DNA from: Spirochaetia bacterium
GTDB lineage: Bacteria > Spirochaetota > Spirochaetia > SZUA-6 > Bin103
Length of the DNA stretch: 64,000 nt
Reading direction: 5' to 3'
Assembly: GCA_965203905.1 (NCBI GenBank)
Contig: CBDBDQ010000005.1
Coordinates: 2,816,001-2,880,000 of the forward strand
The first letter of the stretch is position 1, and every line of letters begins with the position of its first letter. The position numbers and the translations under genes were made by a program. The notes under the pieces were generated by a model. The model did not search any database and was not told where the DNA came from. It saw only the letters and a list, made by a program, of their open reading frames with translations. This document shows, in pieces, positions 9,601 through 18,378 of the stretch.

Positions 9601-11006
9601 AGCGCGGCGACCTGGAGAAGGCCGCCGAGTGCTTCCGCCGCTACGCCGAAAGCTCTTCCGAGGCACGCCAGGACCTGGAGCGGCGCCTCGCCAGGATCAC
9701 CCCCAAGCGCCCCGGGATGCGGGCCGCGGTCCGGCTGGTCGCCCTGGGGCGTGTGGGCGAGGCGGCACCCATCTACGCCCGGCGCGGCCACCAGGAACGG
9801 GCCGCCGAGCTGTTCAGCGCGGCCGGGCGCCACGACAATGCGGCGCTCTGCCTGGCGCAGTGCGGCCGCTACCGGGAGGCGGCGCGCGAGGCGGTCCGCG
9901 GCGGCGACGCTCAAGGCGTCAGGATGGCCACCTCCTATCTGGCCGACTACCTTACCAGCGACCGGTCCGCGGCGCTGATTCGGATCGGCGAGCTGAACCG
10001 GACCGCCGGCCGTCTGGTACGCAACTCCGACTACGAGCATGCGCTGGCGCACTATCTCGCCATCGACGAGGTGAGCGGCCACCTCTACCTGCACGAGGTG
10101 ACGACCATATACGCCAAGCTCGGGCGCCACGCGGACGCGATCGGATACGCCCTGGACCGGGGTGAGAGCGACCCGGCGAACGCCTATCTGAACGCCCGCC
10201 CCGACCTGGTGCTGCCGCTCGCCGCGGCGGAGTCCCTGGCACGCGGTTCGGAGCACCGGCAGCCGCTGTCGCAGGAGCTCCGCGCCGGCGTGGTCGGCGT
10301 ACTGCTCAGGCTCCTGCACGGTTGCCTGTTTCGGGGTGCGGAGCCCGACCGCCGCGCGCGCATCGCCGCGCTCCTGGAGGCGTTGCCCTCGGGGTTTGCC
10401 TACACCTCGCGCCTGTCCTCGGAGTTGAGCGACCTGATGATCGACCTGCGTCTCTACCATCTGCTGGAGGCCACCGCGAAGTTGCACCGGTACCGGGAGG
10501 AGGGAACTGCCGAGTTGCGCTACTTCCAGGAACGGTTGGAACGGACGGTAATGGAGGAGCGCGACCGGGAACTGGCGCTCTGCCTGCTGCTGGACAGACC
10601 CGACGCGTACGAAGCGGCGATCGCGGAGATAGCGCCGACGGAGCGCAACGTGCCGCTGTTCGCCGAGAGCAGCACGCGCTATGCGGAAGCGGTGGCGATT
10701 CTGCTGGATTCGGGCGCCACGAGGGACGCCGCCGAAATCTGCAGGCGTCATCGCGACCACGCCCATTGTGGCAGGATCTACGAAGAGTCCGGGGATCAGC
10801 AGCGCGCGGGGCGCGCCTATCGCGACGGCGGGCTGTACGCCGACGCCCACCGTTGCTTTGCGGCCTGCGGCGACGAAGCCGGCACGGCGCGCGTGTACGA
10901 GCGCGAGTTGCGCTTCGAGCAGGCGCTGGCCATCTGGCAGCGGCTCGGCCGGAAACGCGAAGTGGAACGGCTGAGGAAGAAGATGGGCCACAACCTCGCC
11001 AGATGA
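6681..11006 (+). CDS. RelE/ParE-like domain + SF1 (UvrD-type) helicase + TPR-like repeats, copy 1 (intact, 1441 aa)
   Basis: N-terminal VKKLKG..FEARL..RILF..IYVWGV..HDDV; helicase motifs SGTAGSGKTT, DEVQD, GDPKQ, NFRS, AKGLEF, LYVAVTRAR; C-terminal AA..Y/F..AG helical repeats. Confidence 0.9.
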   Translation: MHRTYTLLLNDTMRAHLVSLGRRARQRLREKLDLLKEGMWDGGMRVKKLKGSGRRVFEARLSRGDRILFTLGQPAADNPDTSDRLTRIYVWGVERHDDVSAAARRIVPANAPFLDFQPDAVEELPEEGFVDDLDQACFSPALDRPAHTPDPAAPPDAGPQRWLVVDDEEWRRLQTAHASDHVELYLFLTREQARLLHSEPPLLLSGTAGSGKTTIAVYYLLRHRVRQLTVAAGAPAPAPEPRPGGERALFLTYSPHLKRLSERIYRGLVRATDLERAPHAVRFATFGELLAEILGQRGGERWQAAPAGLAEFHSIYGNLPRAARHDPELVWEEIRAIIKGAKPPVSRRRFAELAARFQAAAATQRERGELAEYVVRLANLELGDKLDAVRERRTSFATLAKFAAGLRDGDAARGEEQRFLLDAALRLLDKQSARLAQPLLTLREYQGLGAKRAPNFPVDRSDVYRIAEYYQQQLEAAARYDEIDLTRAALEYLEQHGEQFRYDLVVCDEVQDFTDVQLALLFRLAVDPRRTVLTGDPKQIINPSGFRWEEVRARYYERGLPVPEVINLSINFRSVGNIVSLANKLLELKGSLIGLGSGEIAERWTFRGRPPLLIEDLPESELLRTVRLGGAGQVVLARTERERDRLRNALQTELVFTIGEAKGLEFDAVLLWRFSATEGAPAIWRRIASDRVRGDADTPHIRHELNLLYVAVTRARNSLVIWDGEQVSPIWGIETLADQVYRSADATAFETIWQRVSTPAEWEAQGDYFAEREHYAAAEECYRHAQAVDKEDLARARRLQQEGDHRAAAALFLRHGRAVPAAENLERAAAFREAARAWRRAGNEQHATASEARHYESVGNYAAAARRWEQLGVDEGILRNWERGREFGKLAQYHLGRKAGAEAAHYLKLAGDHAAAAVQFRRAGLLELAAQEFEQAGDHQRAATLYRRLKDGGALLRCLLHGGAYHDAGEEYEKRGDLEKAAECFRRYAESSSEARQDLERRLARITPKRPGMRAAVRLVALGRVGEAAPIYARRGHQERAAELFSAAGRHDNAALCLAQCGRYREAAREAVRGGDAQGVRMATSYLADYLTSDRSAALIRIGELNRTAGRLVRNSDYEHALAHYLAIDEVSGHLYLHEVTTIYAKLGRHADAIGYALDRGESDPANAYLNARPDLVLPLAAAESLARGSEHRQPLSQELRAGVVGVLLRLLHGCLFRGAEPDRRARIAALLEALPSGFAYTSRLSSELSDLMIDLRLYHLLEATAKLHRYREEGTAELRYFQERLERTVMEERDRELALCLLLDRPDAYEAAIAEIAPTERNVPLFAESSTRYAEAVAILLDSGATRDAAEICRRHRDHAHCGRIYEESGDQQRAGRAYRDGGLYADAHRCFAACGDEAGTARVYERELRFEQALAIWQRLGRKREVERLRKKMGHNLAR

Positions 11007-11010
11007 GGAC

Positions 11011-11078
11011 GGCGCACGAACGCGCTGCCGCGGCGGAGGTCCGGCGCCTCTGGCCCCCAGGTCTACGCGGTGTCGTCG
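11011..11078 (+). pseudogene. Internal relic of a hydantoinase A gene
   Basis: About 59/68 nt match by eye to 12664-12730 (AHERAAEAEVRRLWPEVYVVSS), with one indel. Confidence 0.75.
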
Positions 11079-11190
11079 ACGCTGCCATCCATCCGTACGA
11101 GGTATGCGCGCTCGTGTGGCCGCCGGCAGGTCATATGAACCACGAAGCGACGTAAATTCAAGCAATAAATGGGTATTATTCACTTAAGGC

Positions 11191-11220
11191 TTGACATTCT
11201 CAGTGAAAGGATGCGACGAT
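11191..11220 (+). promoter_or_regulatory. Putative promoter of the Fic gene
   Basis: TTGACA-18nt-GACGAT with TG extension; AT-rich stretch upstream; GTG start 9 nt downstream. Confidence 0.45.
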
Positions 11221-11229
11221 AGCACACGC

Positions 11230-12102
11230 GTGGCCACTTCCTCTCCTCTCAGAAATCGCATCCAGGCACTGCACCGGGAGTACGCCAGCCTGCGGCCCGG
11301 CAGGGAATCACTCCTGGCGATGATCGACGAGGCGGAGATCCCCGAGAGCGTCTACAACTCCAATGCCATCGAGAACTCCACCCTCACCCTGGAGGAAACC
11401 GAGAAGATCCTGCTGGAGCAGATGCTGTCCCGCAACGTGTCGGTGCGAGAGGTGTTCGAGGCGGTCAACCTGGCGCGCGTCATCGAGTACCAGCGTAAGA
11501 GGGCCGAGGACACGAACCTGGGCAAGGAACGGATCCTGCTGTTGCACCAGATGCTGATCGGAGCGATAGACGACGACAAAGCCGGCCGGTTTCGCCGACG
11601 CGGGGAGTACGTGCGGGTGGGCACCCACATCGCGCCGGCGCCGGAGCAGGTAGAAGGCATGATCGCAGAGACACTGCTGCAGTATGCCAGTGATCTCGAC
11701 TCCTACTTCCTGGACAGGATCGCTCGATTTCACCTGGACTTCGAAGTGATCCATCCCTTTTGCGACGGCAATGGCCGGGTGGGGCGGGTAATCATCAACG
11801 CTCAACTGCAGAAGCTGGGGTTGCCGCCGTTGATCATTCGCAACTCGGAAAAGCAGACCTACTATCGCGCCTTCCGGGAGTACACCGACCGCAAGCGCAC
11901 CGCGACCATGGAGCGGATCCTGGCGCTGGCCCTGCTGGAGTCTCTGCACAAGCGGCGGAGCTATCTCTTGGGGCAACGCATCACTACGCTGTCGGACTAC
12001 ATCAGACAGGAGGGCGAGTCCGCCCCGGCCGTCACCAACGCCGCCCGCCGCCAGACGATTCCAGCCTTTCGCGAAAAGGGAGTGTGGAAGATCGGCCAGT
12101 GA
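11230..12102 (+). CDS. Fic family protein with N-terminal inhibitory motif and C-terminal putative HTH
   Basis: HPFCDGNGRVGR Fic motif; SNAIEN fits the (S/T)xxxE(G/N) inhibitory motif; GTG at 11230 preferred over TTG at 11191. Confidence 0.92.
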   Translation: MATSSPLRNRIQALHREYASLRPGRESLLAMIDEAEIPESVYNSNAIENSTLTLEETEKILLEQMLSRNVSVREVFEAVNLARVIEYQRKRAEDTNLGKERILLLHQMLIGAIDDDKAGRFRRRGEYVRVGTHIAPAPEQVEGMIAETLLQYASDLDSYFLDRIARFHLDFEVIHPFCDGNGRVGRVIINAQLQKLGLPPLIIRNSEKQTYYRAFREYTDRKRTATMERILALALLESLHKRRSYLLGQRITTLSDYIRQEGESAPAVTNAARRQTIPAFREKGVWKIGQ

Positions 12103-12148
12103 TCGCATGGCCATGCAGCAGGATCGTGTGCGCGCTGCAGTGCACGAC

Positions 12149-14257
12149 GTGAGCAACTGGATCACGCGGGTCGCGACCGATGTCGGTGGCACGTTCACCG
12201 ACCTGGTCAGATTCGACATCGATCCCGAGTCGGGCCAGTCGCGCGTGACCTCGGCCAAGACGGCGACCACTCCCCCGGACTTCGAGCGCGGCGTCCTCGA
12301 GGTGCTGCGCAAGGGCGGCGTGCGGCTGAGCGAGATCGACTTTCTCGCCCACGGCACGACCGTCGTGATCAACGCGCTCACCGAGCGCAAGGGGGCGAAG
12401 GTCGGGCTTATCACCACCGAGGGTTTCCGCGACACGCTGGAGATCGCCCGCGGCAACCGGCCCGACCTGTTCAACCTTCACTACCGGAAACCGAAGCCGT
12501 TCGTGCCGCGCTACCTGCGCCGCGAGCTGCCGGGCCGGATGAACTACCGCGGCGCAGAAGTGCAGCCGCTGGACCGGTCCCCGCTGGTGGCGATCGTCGC
12601 GGATTTCCGTGCCGACGGCGTGCAGGCGGTGGCGATCTGCTTCCTGCATTCCTACGCCAACCCGGCACACGAACGCGCCGCCGAGGCGGAGGTGCGGCGG
12701 CTCTGGCCCGAGGTTTACGTGGTGTCGTCGCACCGCGTCGCGCGCGAGTGGCGCGAGTACGAGCGCACCAGCACCACGGTGCTTTCCGCCTTCGTCCAGC
12801 CCACGGCCGAGCGCTACCTGCGTCGCCTGAGCGACGGCCTCGCCGGCTGGGGCTTTGCGGGCAGTCCCTACGTCATGCAGTCCAACGGCGGCATCGACTC
12901 GCTCGAGGCCGCGGCCCGGACGCCGATCACGATGATCGAATCGGGACCATCCTCCGGTGTGTGGGGCGCCGCTCGGCTGGGGGCGCTGATCGGCGACCGG
13001 AACATCATCGCCCTCGACATCGGTGGCACGACGGCGAAGTGCTCGCTCATCGACCGCGGCAATATCAGGATCGTGACCGACTACTGGATCGGGCGGGACG
13101 GCAGGTCGGCGGGCTACCCGGTGATGGTGCCGGTGGTGGACATGGTCGAGATCGGCAACGGCGGCGGTTCGATCGCCTGGGCCGACGACTTCGGGAAGCT
13201 GCACGTAGGACCGCGTTCGGCGGGCGCCGTCCCCGGTCCGGCGGCGTACGGCATGGGCGGCCGGGACGCGACCACCACCGACGCCAATCTCTGGCTGGGA
13301 AGGATCAACCGCGACTACTTCTGCGGCGGTGAGTTGAACGCGGACATGGACGCCGTGGAAGCGGCGCTGCGAGAGGTGGGCGGCCGCCTCGGCCTCGGGC
13401 CCGACCAGGCGGCGGCCGGTATCGTCCGGATCGCCAACAACAACATGGTCAACGCGCTCAAGCTGGTGTCGCTCAACCGCGGGTTCGACCCCCGCGAGTT
13501 CACCCTCGTCGCGTTCGGCGGCGGCGGCGGCATGCACGCGGTCGCGCTCGCCGGCGAGCTCGGCATCTCCAAGGTGGTGATACCGCGGGACGCGGCGGTG
13601 TTCTCGGCGTGGGGAATGATGATGTCGGACCTGCGCCGCGACTACATCGCCACGCGCCTGGTCGACCTGGTCCCGGAAAACGCGGAGGCGATCGAGAACA
13701 CCCTGGTCGAGACCGAGGCGGCGGCACTGACGCAGTTCGGCAGCGAAGGCGTCGCCCCAGAGCGTCTGTCGCTCAGGAGGTTCGGCAAGTTCCGCTACCA
13801 GAACCAGGAACACACCACCGAGGTCGCGCTTGGCGAGAGTGAGGTGACGGAGGACCGCATTCGCGAAATCAGGAGCGCGTTCGAAACGGAATACGAACGT
13901 GAATACACCTACCGCCTGGATGCCCCCGTGGAGATGGTCGGTATCCACGTCACCGCGACGGCACAGGTGGGTCGCGTCGAGATCAAGCGGCAGGAGCTCG
14001 GCCCCGAAAGCGCGCGCGGGGCGCAGAAATCCTCCCGCAAGGTCGACTTCGCGCCGGAAGGAGTGTTCGAGACGGCGATCTACGACGGCAGCAGGCTCAG
14101 GCCGGGCATGCGCTTTTCCGGTCCGGCAATAGTCGAGGATGCGGCCTCGACCGTGGTCGTGCACCGTGGCAACGACGCCGAGGTGGACGGCTTCGGCAAC
14201 GTCGTCATCCACCTCCATGACCCCGTCACGCTCGAAGCCGTCAGGACCGTTCCATGA
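12149..14257 (+). CDS. Hydantoinase A/5-oxoprolinase family subunit
   Basis: DVGGTFTD, HGTTVVINALTERKG, ESGP, DIGGTT, TTTDAN; start at GTG 12149 or ATG 12107. Confidence 0.93.
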   Translation: MSNWITRVATDVGGTFTDLVRFDIDPESGQSRVTSAKTATTPPDFERGVLEVLRKGGVRLSEIDFLAHGTTVVINALTERKGAKVGLITTEGFRDTLEIARGNRPDLFNLHYRKPKPFVPRYLRRELPGRMNYRGAEVQPLDRSPLVAIVADFRADGVQAVAICFLHSYANPAHERAAEAEVRRLWPEVYVVSSHRVAREWREYERTSTTVLSAFVQPTAERYLRRLSDGLAGWGFAGSPYVMQSNGGIDSLEAAARTPITMIESGPSSGVWGAARLGALIGDRNIIALDIGGTTAKCSLIDRGNIRIVTDYWIGRDGRSAGYPVMVPVVDMVEIGNGGGSIAWADDFGKLHVGPRSAGAVPGPAAYGMGGRDATTTDANLWLGRINRDYFCGGELNADMDAVEAALREVGGRLGLGPDQAAAGIVRIANNNMVNALKLVSLNRGFDPREFTLVAFGGGGGMHAVALAGELGISKVVIPRDAAVFSAWGMMMSDLRRDYIATRLVDLVPENAEAIENTLVETEAAALTQFGSEGVAPERLSLRRFGKFRYQNQEHTTEVALGESEVTEDRIREIRSAFETEYEREYTYRLDAPVEMVGIHVTATAQVGRVEIKRQELGPESARGAQKSSRKVDFAPEGVFETAIYDGSRLRPGMRFSGPAIVEDAASTVVVHRGNDAEVDGFGNVVIHLHDPVTLEAVRTVP

Positions 14258-14333
14258 CAACGCGACAGCACGACCCAATCACGTTCGAAATGGTCGAGAG
14301 CCCGCTGCGGGCCGCTGCCGAAAGGACCATCCC

Positions 14334-15998
14334 ATGAAAGCGCGAAAGCATGACCCCATTACGCTTGAGATCATTCAGAACTCGGTGCAGGCGGCGGCCG
14401 ACGAGATGTTCGCGGCGATGCGCAAGACGGCGATGAGCTCGATCATCTACGAGGTGCTCGACATGGGGACCGGCATCATGGACGCGCAGGGAGAGATCGC
14501 GTCATCCGGTGCCGGGATTCCCGCGTTCATCGGCGTGCTCGACAAGTCGGTGAAGTTCATCGTCGCCAGGTTCGACCAGCCCGGCGACATCGAGCCGGGA
14601 GACGTGTTCGCCACCAACGATCCCTACTACGGCGGCGTCACGCACCTCAGCGACATCGTGGTGATGATGCCGGTGTTCCACGGCGGAGAGCTGATCGCCT
14701 GGACCGCCACCATCGCGCACCACTCGGACGTGGGGGGAATGGCGCCGGGGTCGCTGACCGGGGAGGCCACTTCGATTTTCCAGGAGGGCCTGCGGCTACC
14801 GGCGATCAAGCTCATCGCGCGGGGCAGGACCAACGAGCCGGTGATGCAGATCATCAAGGTTAACTCGCGCATGCCGGACGTGCTCGAAGGCGATCTCTGG
14901 GCATCCATCGCGTCGGTACGGGTGGGGGCGAGAAGGATCGAGGCGCTGGCCGGGAAGTACGGCACCGACACCTACACGGCCGCGGTCGATTCGTTCATGG
15001 ACCTCGGCGAGAAGGCGTCCCTGGGTGCGCTCGCGAAGCTGCCCCAGGGCACCTTCGAGCTGGCGGAAGAACAGGACAACGGTCAGGTCTACCACGTCGG
15101 GATTACCATTACCGGGGACCGGTTCACGGTCGATCTGCGCAACAACCCCGACCAGCTCGACGGACCGCTGAACACCAGCCGCGACGGTGTCATGGTTGCC
15201 GCGCAGATGATCTTCAAGTCGCTGACCGATCCCTGGTCTCCGGCAACTGGAGGATCGTTCCGTCCGGTCGAGCTGTTGACGCGCAAGGGTTCGGTGTTCG
15301 ACGCCAGCGAGCCGGCCGCGCTCGGGTTCTACTACGAGATCGAGCTGAGGGTGTACGACCTGATGTGGCGGTGCCTGGCGAACCAAATGCCCGAGCGCCT
15401 GGCGGCAGGGCACTTCGCGTCGATCTGCGGTACCTTCATCGGCGGCATCCATCCCGACACCGGCCGCCAGTACACGGTGATCGAGCCGCAGCTCGGCGGC
15501 TGGGGAGCGGGCATGGGCGGGGACGGCAACACCGCCATGTTCAGCGGATTCCACGGCGAGACCTACAACTGCCCCGCGGAGATCACCGAGGCGCGCAACG
15601 GACTGATCGTCGACCGGATGACGTTGAACACGGAACCGGGCGGCGAGGGCAGGCATGCCGGAGGCCGCGGCATCGTGCTGGATTACCGGGTCCGGTCCGA
15701 CAACGGCTTTCTGACCGCGGGCTACACCCGCTCGAAGTTTCCGCCCTGGGGCGTGGACGGCGGGCGCGACGGTTCGCCCAACTACATCGAGTTCATCCCC
15801 AAGGAGGGCGAACGGCAACGGTTCGCCGAGGTGTCCGGACTGGCCACCCGGAAGGACGACCTGATCCGCGTGTGCACCGGCAGCGGCGGCGGCTGCGGCG
15901 ACCCGCGCGAGCGCGACCCCGAGCTGGTCCGCGCCGACGTCCGCAACGGCCTGCTCTCACCGCAGCGCGCGCGGGAGGTGTACGGCGTCGAACCCTGA
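14334..15998 (+). CDS. Hydantoinase B/5-oxoprolinase family subunit
   Basis: DPITLEII, NDPYYGGVTHLSD, HHSDVGG, FQEGLRLP, GGGCGDP. Confidence 0.93.
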   Translation: MKARKHDPITLEIIQNSVQAAADEMFAAMRKTAMSSIIYEVLDMGTGIMDAQGEIASSGAGIPAFIGVLDKSVKFIVARFDQPGDIEPGDVFATNDPYYGGVTHLSDIVVMMPVFHGGELIAWTATIAHHSDVGGMAPGSLTGEATSIFQEGLRLPAIKLIARGRTNEPVMQIIKVNSRMPDVLEGDLWASIASVRVGARRIEALAGKYGTDTYTAAVDSFMDLGEKASLGALAKLPQGTFELAEEQDNGQVYHVGITITGDRFTVDLRNNPDQLDGPLNTSRDGVMVAAQMIFKSLTDPWSPATGGSFRPVELLTRKGSVFDASEPAALGFYYEIELRVYDLMWRCLANQMPERLAAGHFASICGTFIGGIHPDTGRQYTVIEPQLGGWGAGMGGDGNTAMFSGFHGETYNCPAEITEARNGLIVDRMTLNTEPGGEGRHAGGRGIVLDYRVRSDNGFLTAGYTRSKFPPWGVDGGRDGSPNYIEFIPKEGERQRFAEVSGLATRKDDLIRVCTGSGGGCGDPRERDPELVRADVRNGLLSPQRAREVYGVEP

Positions 15999-16011
15999 GG
16001 AGGAGCCGGAG

Positions 16012-16821
16012 ATGGCAGACGGCAGTCCGCTGAAGCTGATGTACCTGAATCCTGTCGGCACGCCCGATTACGACGCCGTGTTTGCCGACATGGCGCGTGA
16101 CGTGAAGCTGCCCGGCACGGAGGTGCACGTTACCTCGCTGAAGCCCGGCGATGGCGCCTTCACGCATATCGAGTACCGGTCCTACGAAGCGGTCGTCTCG
16201 ACCGGCATTGTGAGGGCCGCGCGCGCGGCGGCCGCGGAAGGGTTCGACGCGCTGGCCATCGGCTGCTTCTACGACACCGCCCTGCACGATGCCCGCGAGG
16301 TGTCCGGCGACATGGTGGTGACGGCCCCGTGCACGGCCTCGCTGGAGATCGCGGCGAGCCTCGCGAACCGGTTCGGGATCATCGTCGGTCGGCGCAAGTG
16401 GGTGCACCAGATGCACGCTACGGTGCGCGACAACGGCATGGGCGAGCGGCTGAGCGGTTTCTATCCCGTCGAGCTCGGCGTGACCGACTTTCAGATCGAC
16501 CATGACCTGACCGAGCGGCGTCTCACCGCAGCCGGGAAGAAGGCGGTCGAGGAAGACTACGCCGAGGCGGTCATTCTCGGGTGCACCCTGGAGATCGGGT
16601 TCCACGACCGCCTTTCGCAGGTTCTCGGCGTTCCCGTCATCGATCCGTCGATTGCCGCGCTGAAGCGCGCCGAGTACGCCGCCGACCTCAAGCGCAGGTG
16701 TGGCTGGATACCGAGCCGCCGGTGGTCGTGCGAGCCCCCGCCGGAAGCAGAGATCGCCGCCTTCGGGATCATCGGCGAAGGCGACGTGTTCGGGAACCGG
16801 GTCGTCGTCGCCGCAGAGTAG
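16012..16821 (+). CDS. Hydantoin racemase (Asp/Glu/hydantoin racemase family)
   Basis: Catalytic Cys pair in AIGCFYD and ILGCT; GVPVIDP; follows hydantoinase A/B. Confidence 0.9.
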   Translation: MADGSPLKLMYLNPVGTPDYDAVFADMARDVKLPGTEVHVTSLKPGDGAFTHIEYRSYEAVVSTGIVRAARAAAAEGFDALAIGCFYDTALHDAREVSGDMVVTAPCTASLEIAASLANRFGIIVGRRKWVHQMHATVRDNGMGERLSGFYPVELGVTDFQIDHDLTERRLTAAGKKAVEEDYAEAVILGCTLEIGFHDRLSQVLGVPVIDPSIAALKRAEYAADLKRRCGWIPSRRWSCEPPPEAEIAAFGIIGEGDVFGNRVVVAAE

Positions 16822-16936
16822 CCGGTGCGCATGCGGAGCGAGCGCTGCGGCGCGTCCTACGGAGCCGCCGGTGAACTCATTGCGATCTGCGATATGGACG
16901 CTTGCCGACGCGTGGGGGGAGGGCTAAGCTGACGCG

Positions 16937-17944
16937 ATGCGGATCGCCAACCCGATGTACGACGCTGCTTTCAAGTACCTGATGGACGACCGGGCGGCCG
17001 CGCGGGTGCTGGTCGGGGCGGTGCTGGGCGAGGAAGTGGTGAGCCTGCAGCCGCTGCCGCAGGAGCGGTCCGGGCGGCCGTCGCCGGCGGGGCCTGGCGA
17101 GCCGCCGTCAGGAGAGATGCTGACGGTGCGACGGGTGGACTTCGCGGCTACGGTGCGCACGGCGGCCGGGGAGCGACTGCGGGTGCTGGTGGAGGTGCAG
17201 AAGGCGCGCTTCACCGACGAGGTGATGCGGTTCCGAGAGTACCTGGGCCGTCACTACGCTGACCGCGACAACTACGACGAGGGCGCGGACGGGCGGCGAC
17301 GGCACCGCCCGTTGCGGGCGATCTACATCCTGGGGGAGTGCCTGCCGCGCACGGCGGCGACGGTGCTGCGAGTGGCGCGGGAGTACGTGGACGAGGTGAG
17401 CGGGGAGCGGCTGAGCGAGCGGGAGGAGTTCGTCGAGGCGTTGAGCCACGACTGCTGGGTGGTGCAGGTGCCGCTGCTGGCGTCGCGGCGGAGGACGGAC
17501 CTGGAGCGGCTGCTGAGCGTATTCGACCAGGAGTTGCGGGTGCCGGGCGACCGCCACGTGCTGGAGGTGGACGAGCGGGAGATACCGGAGCACTACGCTC
17601 CGGTGCTGCGCCGGCTGGAAGGAGCCGTGGCGAGCGTGGAGGTGGCGGACTCGATGGCGCTGGAGGACGAGGTCGCGGAGACGTGGGGGCGGATGAAGCG
17701 GGAGAGCGCGGCGAAGGACGCCGCACTGGTCGAGAAGGACGCCGCACTGGTCGAGAAAGACGCCGCACTGGTCGAGAAAGACGCCGCGTTGGCGGCGAAA
17801 GACGCCGCACTGGCCGGGAAGGACGCCGCACTGGCCGAGAAAGACGTGGCGCTGGAGCAGGCGCGGGCGGAGCGCGCCGCGGCCGAGGAGCGCAGCGCCG
17901 AGCTGGAGCGTCGTCTGGCGGAGTTCGGCGGCGAGGGCGGTTGA
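16937..17944 (+). CDS. Rpn-like/PD-(D/E)XK nuclease-domain protein with heptad-repeat coiled-coil tail
   Basis: NPMYDAAFKYLM, RVDF...LVEVQK, RFREYLG; C-terminal (KDAALVE)-type repeats. Confidence 0.75.
   Translation: MRIANPMYDAAFKYLMDDRAAARVLVGAVLGEEVVSLQPLPQERSGRPSPAGPGEPPSGEMLTVRRVDFAATVRTAAGERLRVLVEVQKARFTDEVMRFREYLGRHYADRDNYDEGADGRRRHRPLRAIYILGECLPRTAATVLRVAREYVDEVSGERLSEREEFVEALSHDCWVVQVPLLASRRRTDLERLLSVFDQELRVPGDRHVLEVDEREIPEHYAPVLRRLEGAVASVEVADSMALEDEVAETWGRMKRESAAKDAALVEKDAALVEKDAALVEKDAALAAKDAALAGKDAALAEKDVALEQARAERAAAEERSAELERRLAEFGGEGG
17714..17860 (+). repeat. 7 x 21-bp intragenic tandem repeat
   Basis: Unit AARGACGCCGCACTGGTCGAG; first three copies differ only at R, later copies degenerate. 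Confidence 0.95.
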
Positions 17945-17989
17945 CTGCGCGCGACGGGACCCGGTGGCGTCGGCGGCGCGCTCACTCCT

Positions 17990-18250
17990 GATCCGGGTCG
18001 ATGCCCGACCGGCGCAGCAGAGCCGCCAGGCGTTTCGCCGCGCCGACGCTCCTGCGCCAGCAACTGCTCCGCGTGCTCCGCACGCTGGTGTTGCACATCG
18101 GCACGCTCCCGACCCGTCGGAATCAACGCGCCGTGCTCGTCCACCGAGCGCAACCACCGGTGCCGTACCGCCTCGAACACCCCGTCCCACAGCGTCAGCC
18201 CCAACCGCAACTCGGGAAACGACGACGACTCCTGCCGCTCACGCGGCTCA
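17990..18250 (-). pseudogene. C-terminal relic of a Uma2 (DUF820) family endonuclease
   Basis: FPELRLGLTLWDGVFEAVRHRWLRSVDEHGALIPTGRERADVQHQRAE is a typical Uma2 tail; N-terminal nuclease part absent; boundaries approximate. Confidence 0.65.
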
Positions 18251-18299
18251 CACCAGGTAGGCTCGGGGCAGGGCGGGCCCCCGCGCTCCGCTCGATCCT

Positions 18300-18328
18300 T
18301 TGACAGGCCGGCGCGGCGCTCCTACACT
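18300..18328 (+). promoter_or_regulatory. sigma70-type promoter of the oppBC-like genes
   Basis: TTGACA-17nt-TACACT; paralogous to 4492-4520. Confidence 0.75.
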
Positions 18329-18378
18329 GGCCCGGCCCTCTGCCGCCTGGGTGGCGGCCGGAGCGCTCCATCTCAGCC

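Noticed and set aside
6615-11183. 1522-aa minus-strand ORF (also 33227-38101, 4420-6591, 12032-14278 and 50048-52957)
   Set aside because: Antisense shadows of real genes in GC-rich DNA; no motifs. Their mutual similarity only mirrors the sense-strand paralogy.
17714-17860. CRISPR array
   Set aside because: Contiguous 21-bp in-frame coding repeats with no spacers and no cas genes.
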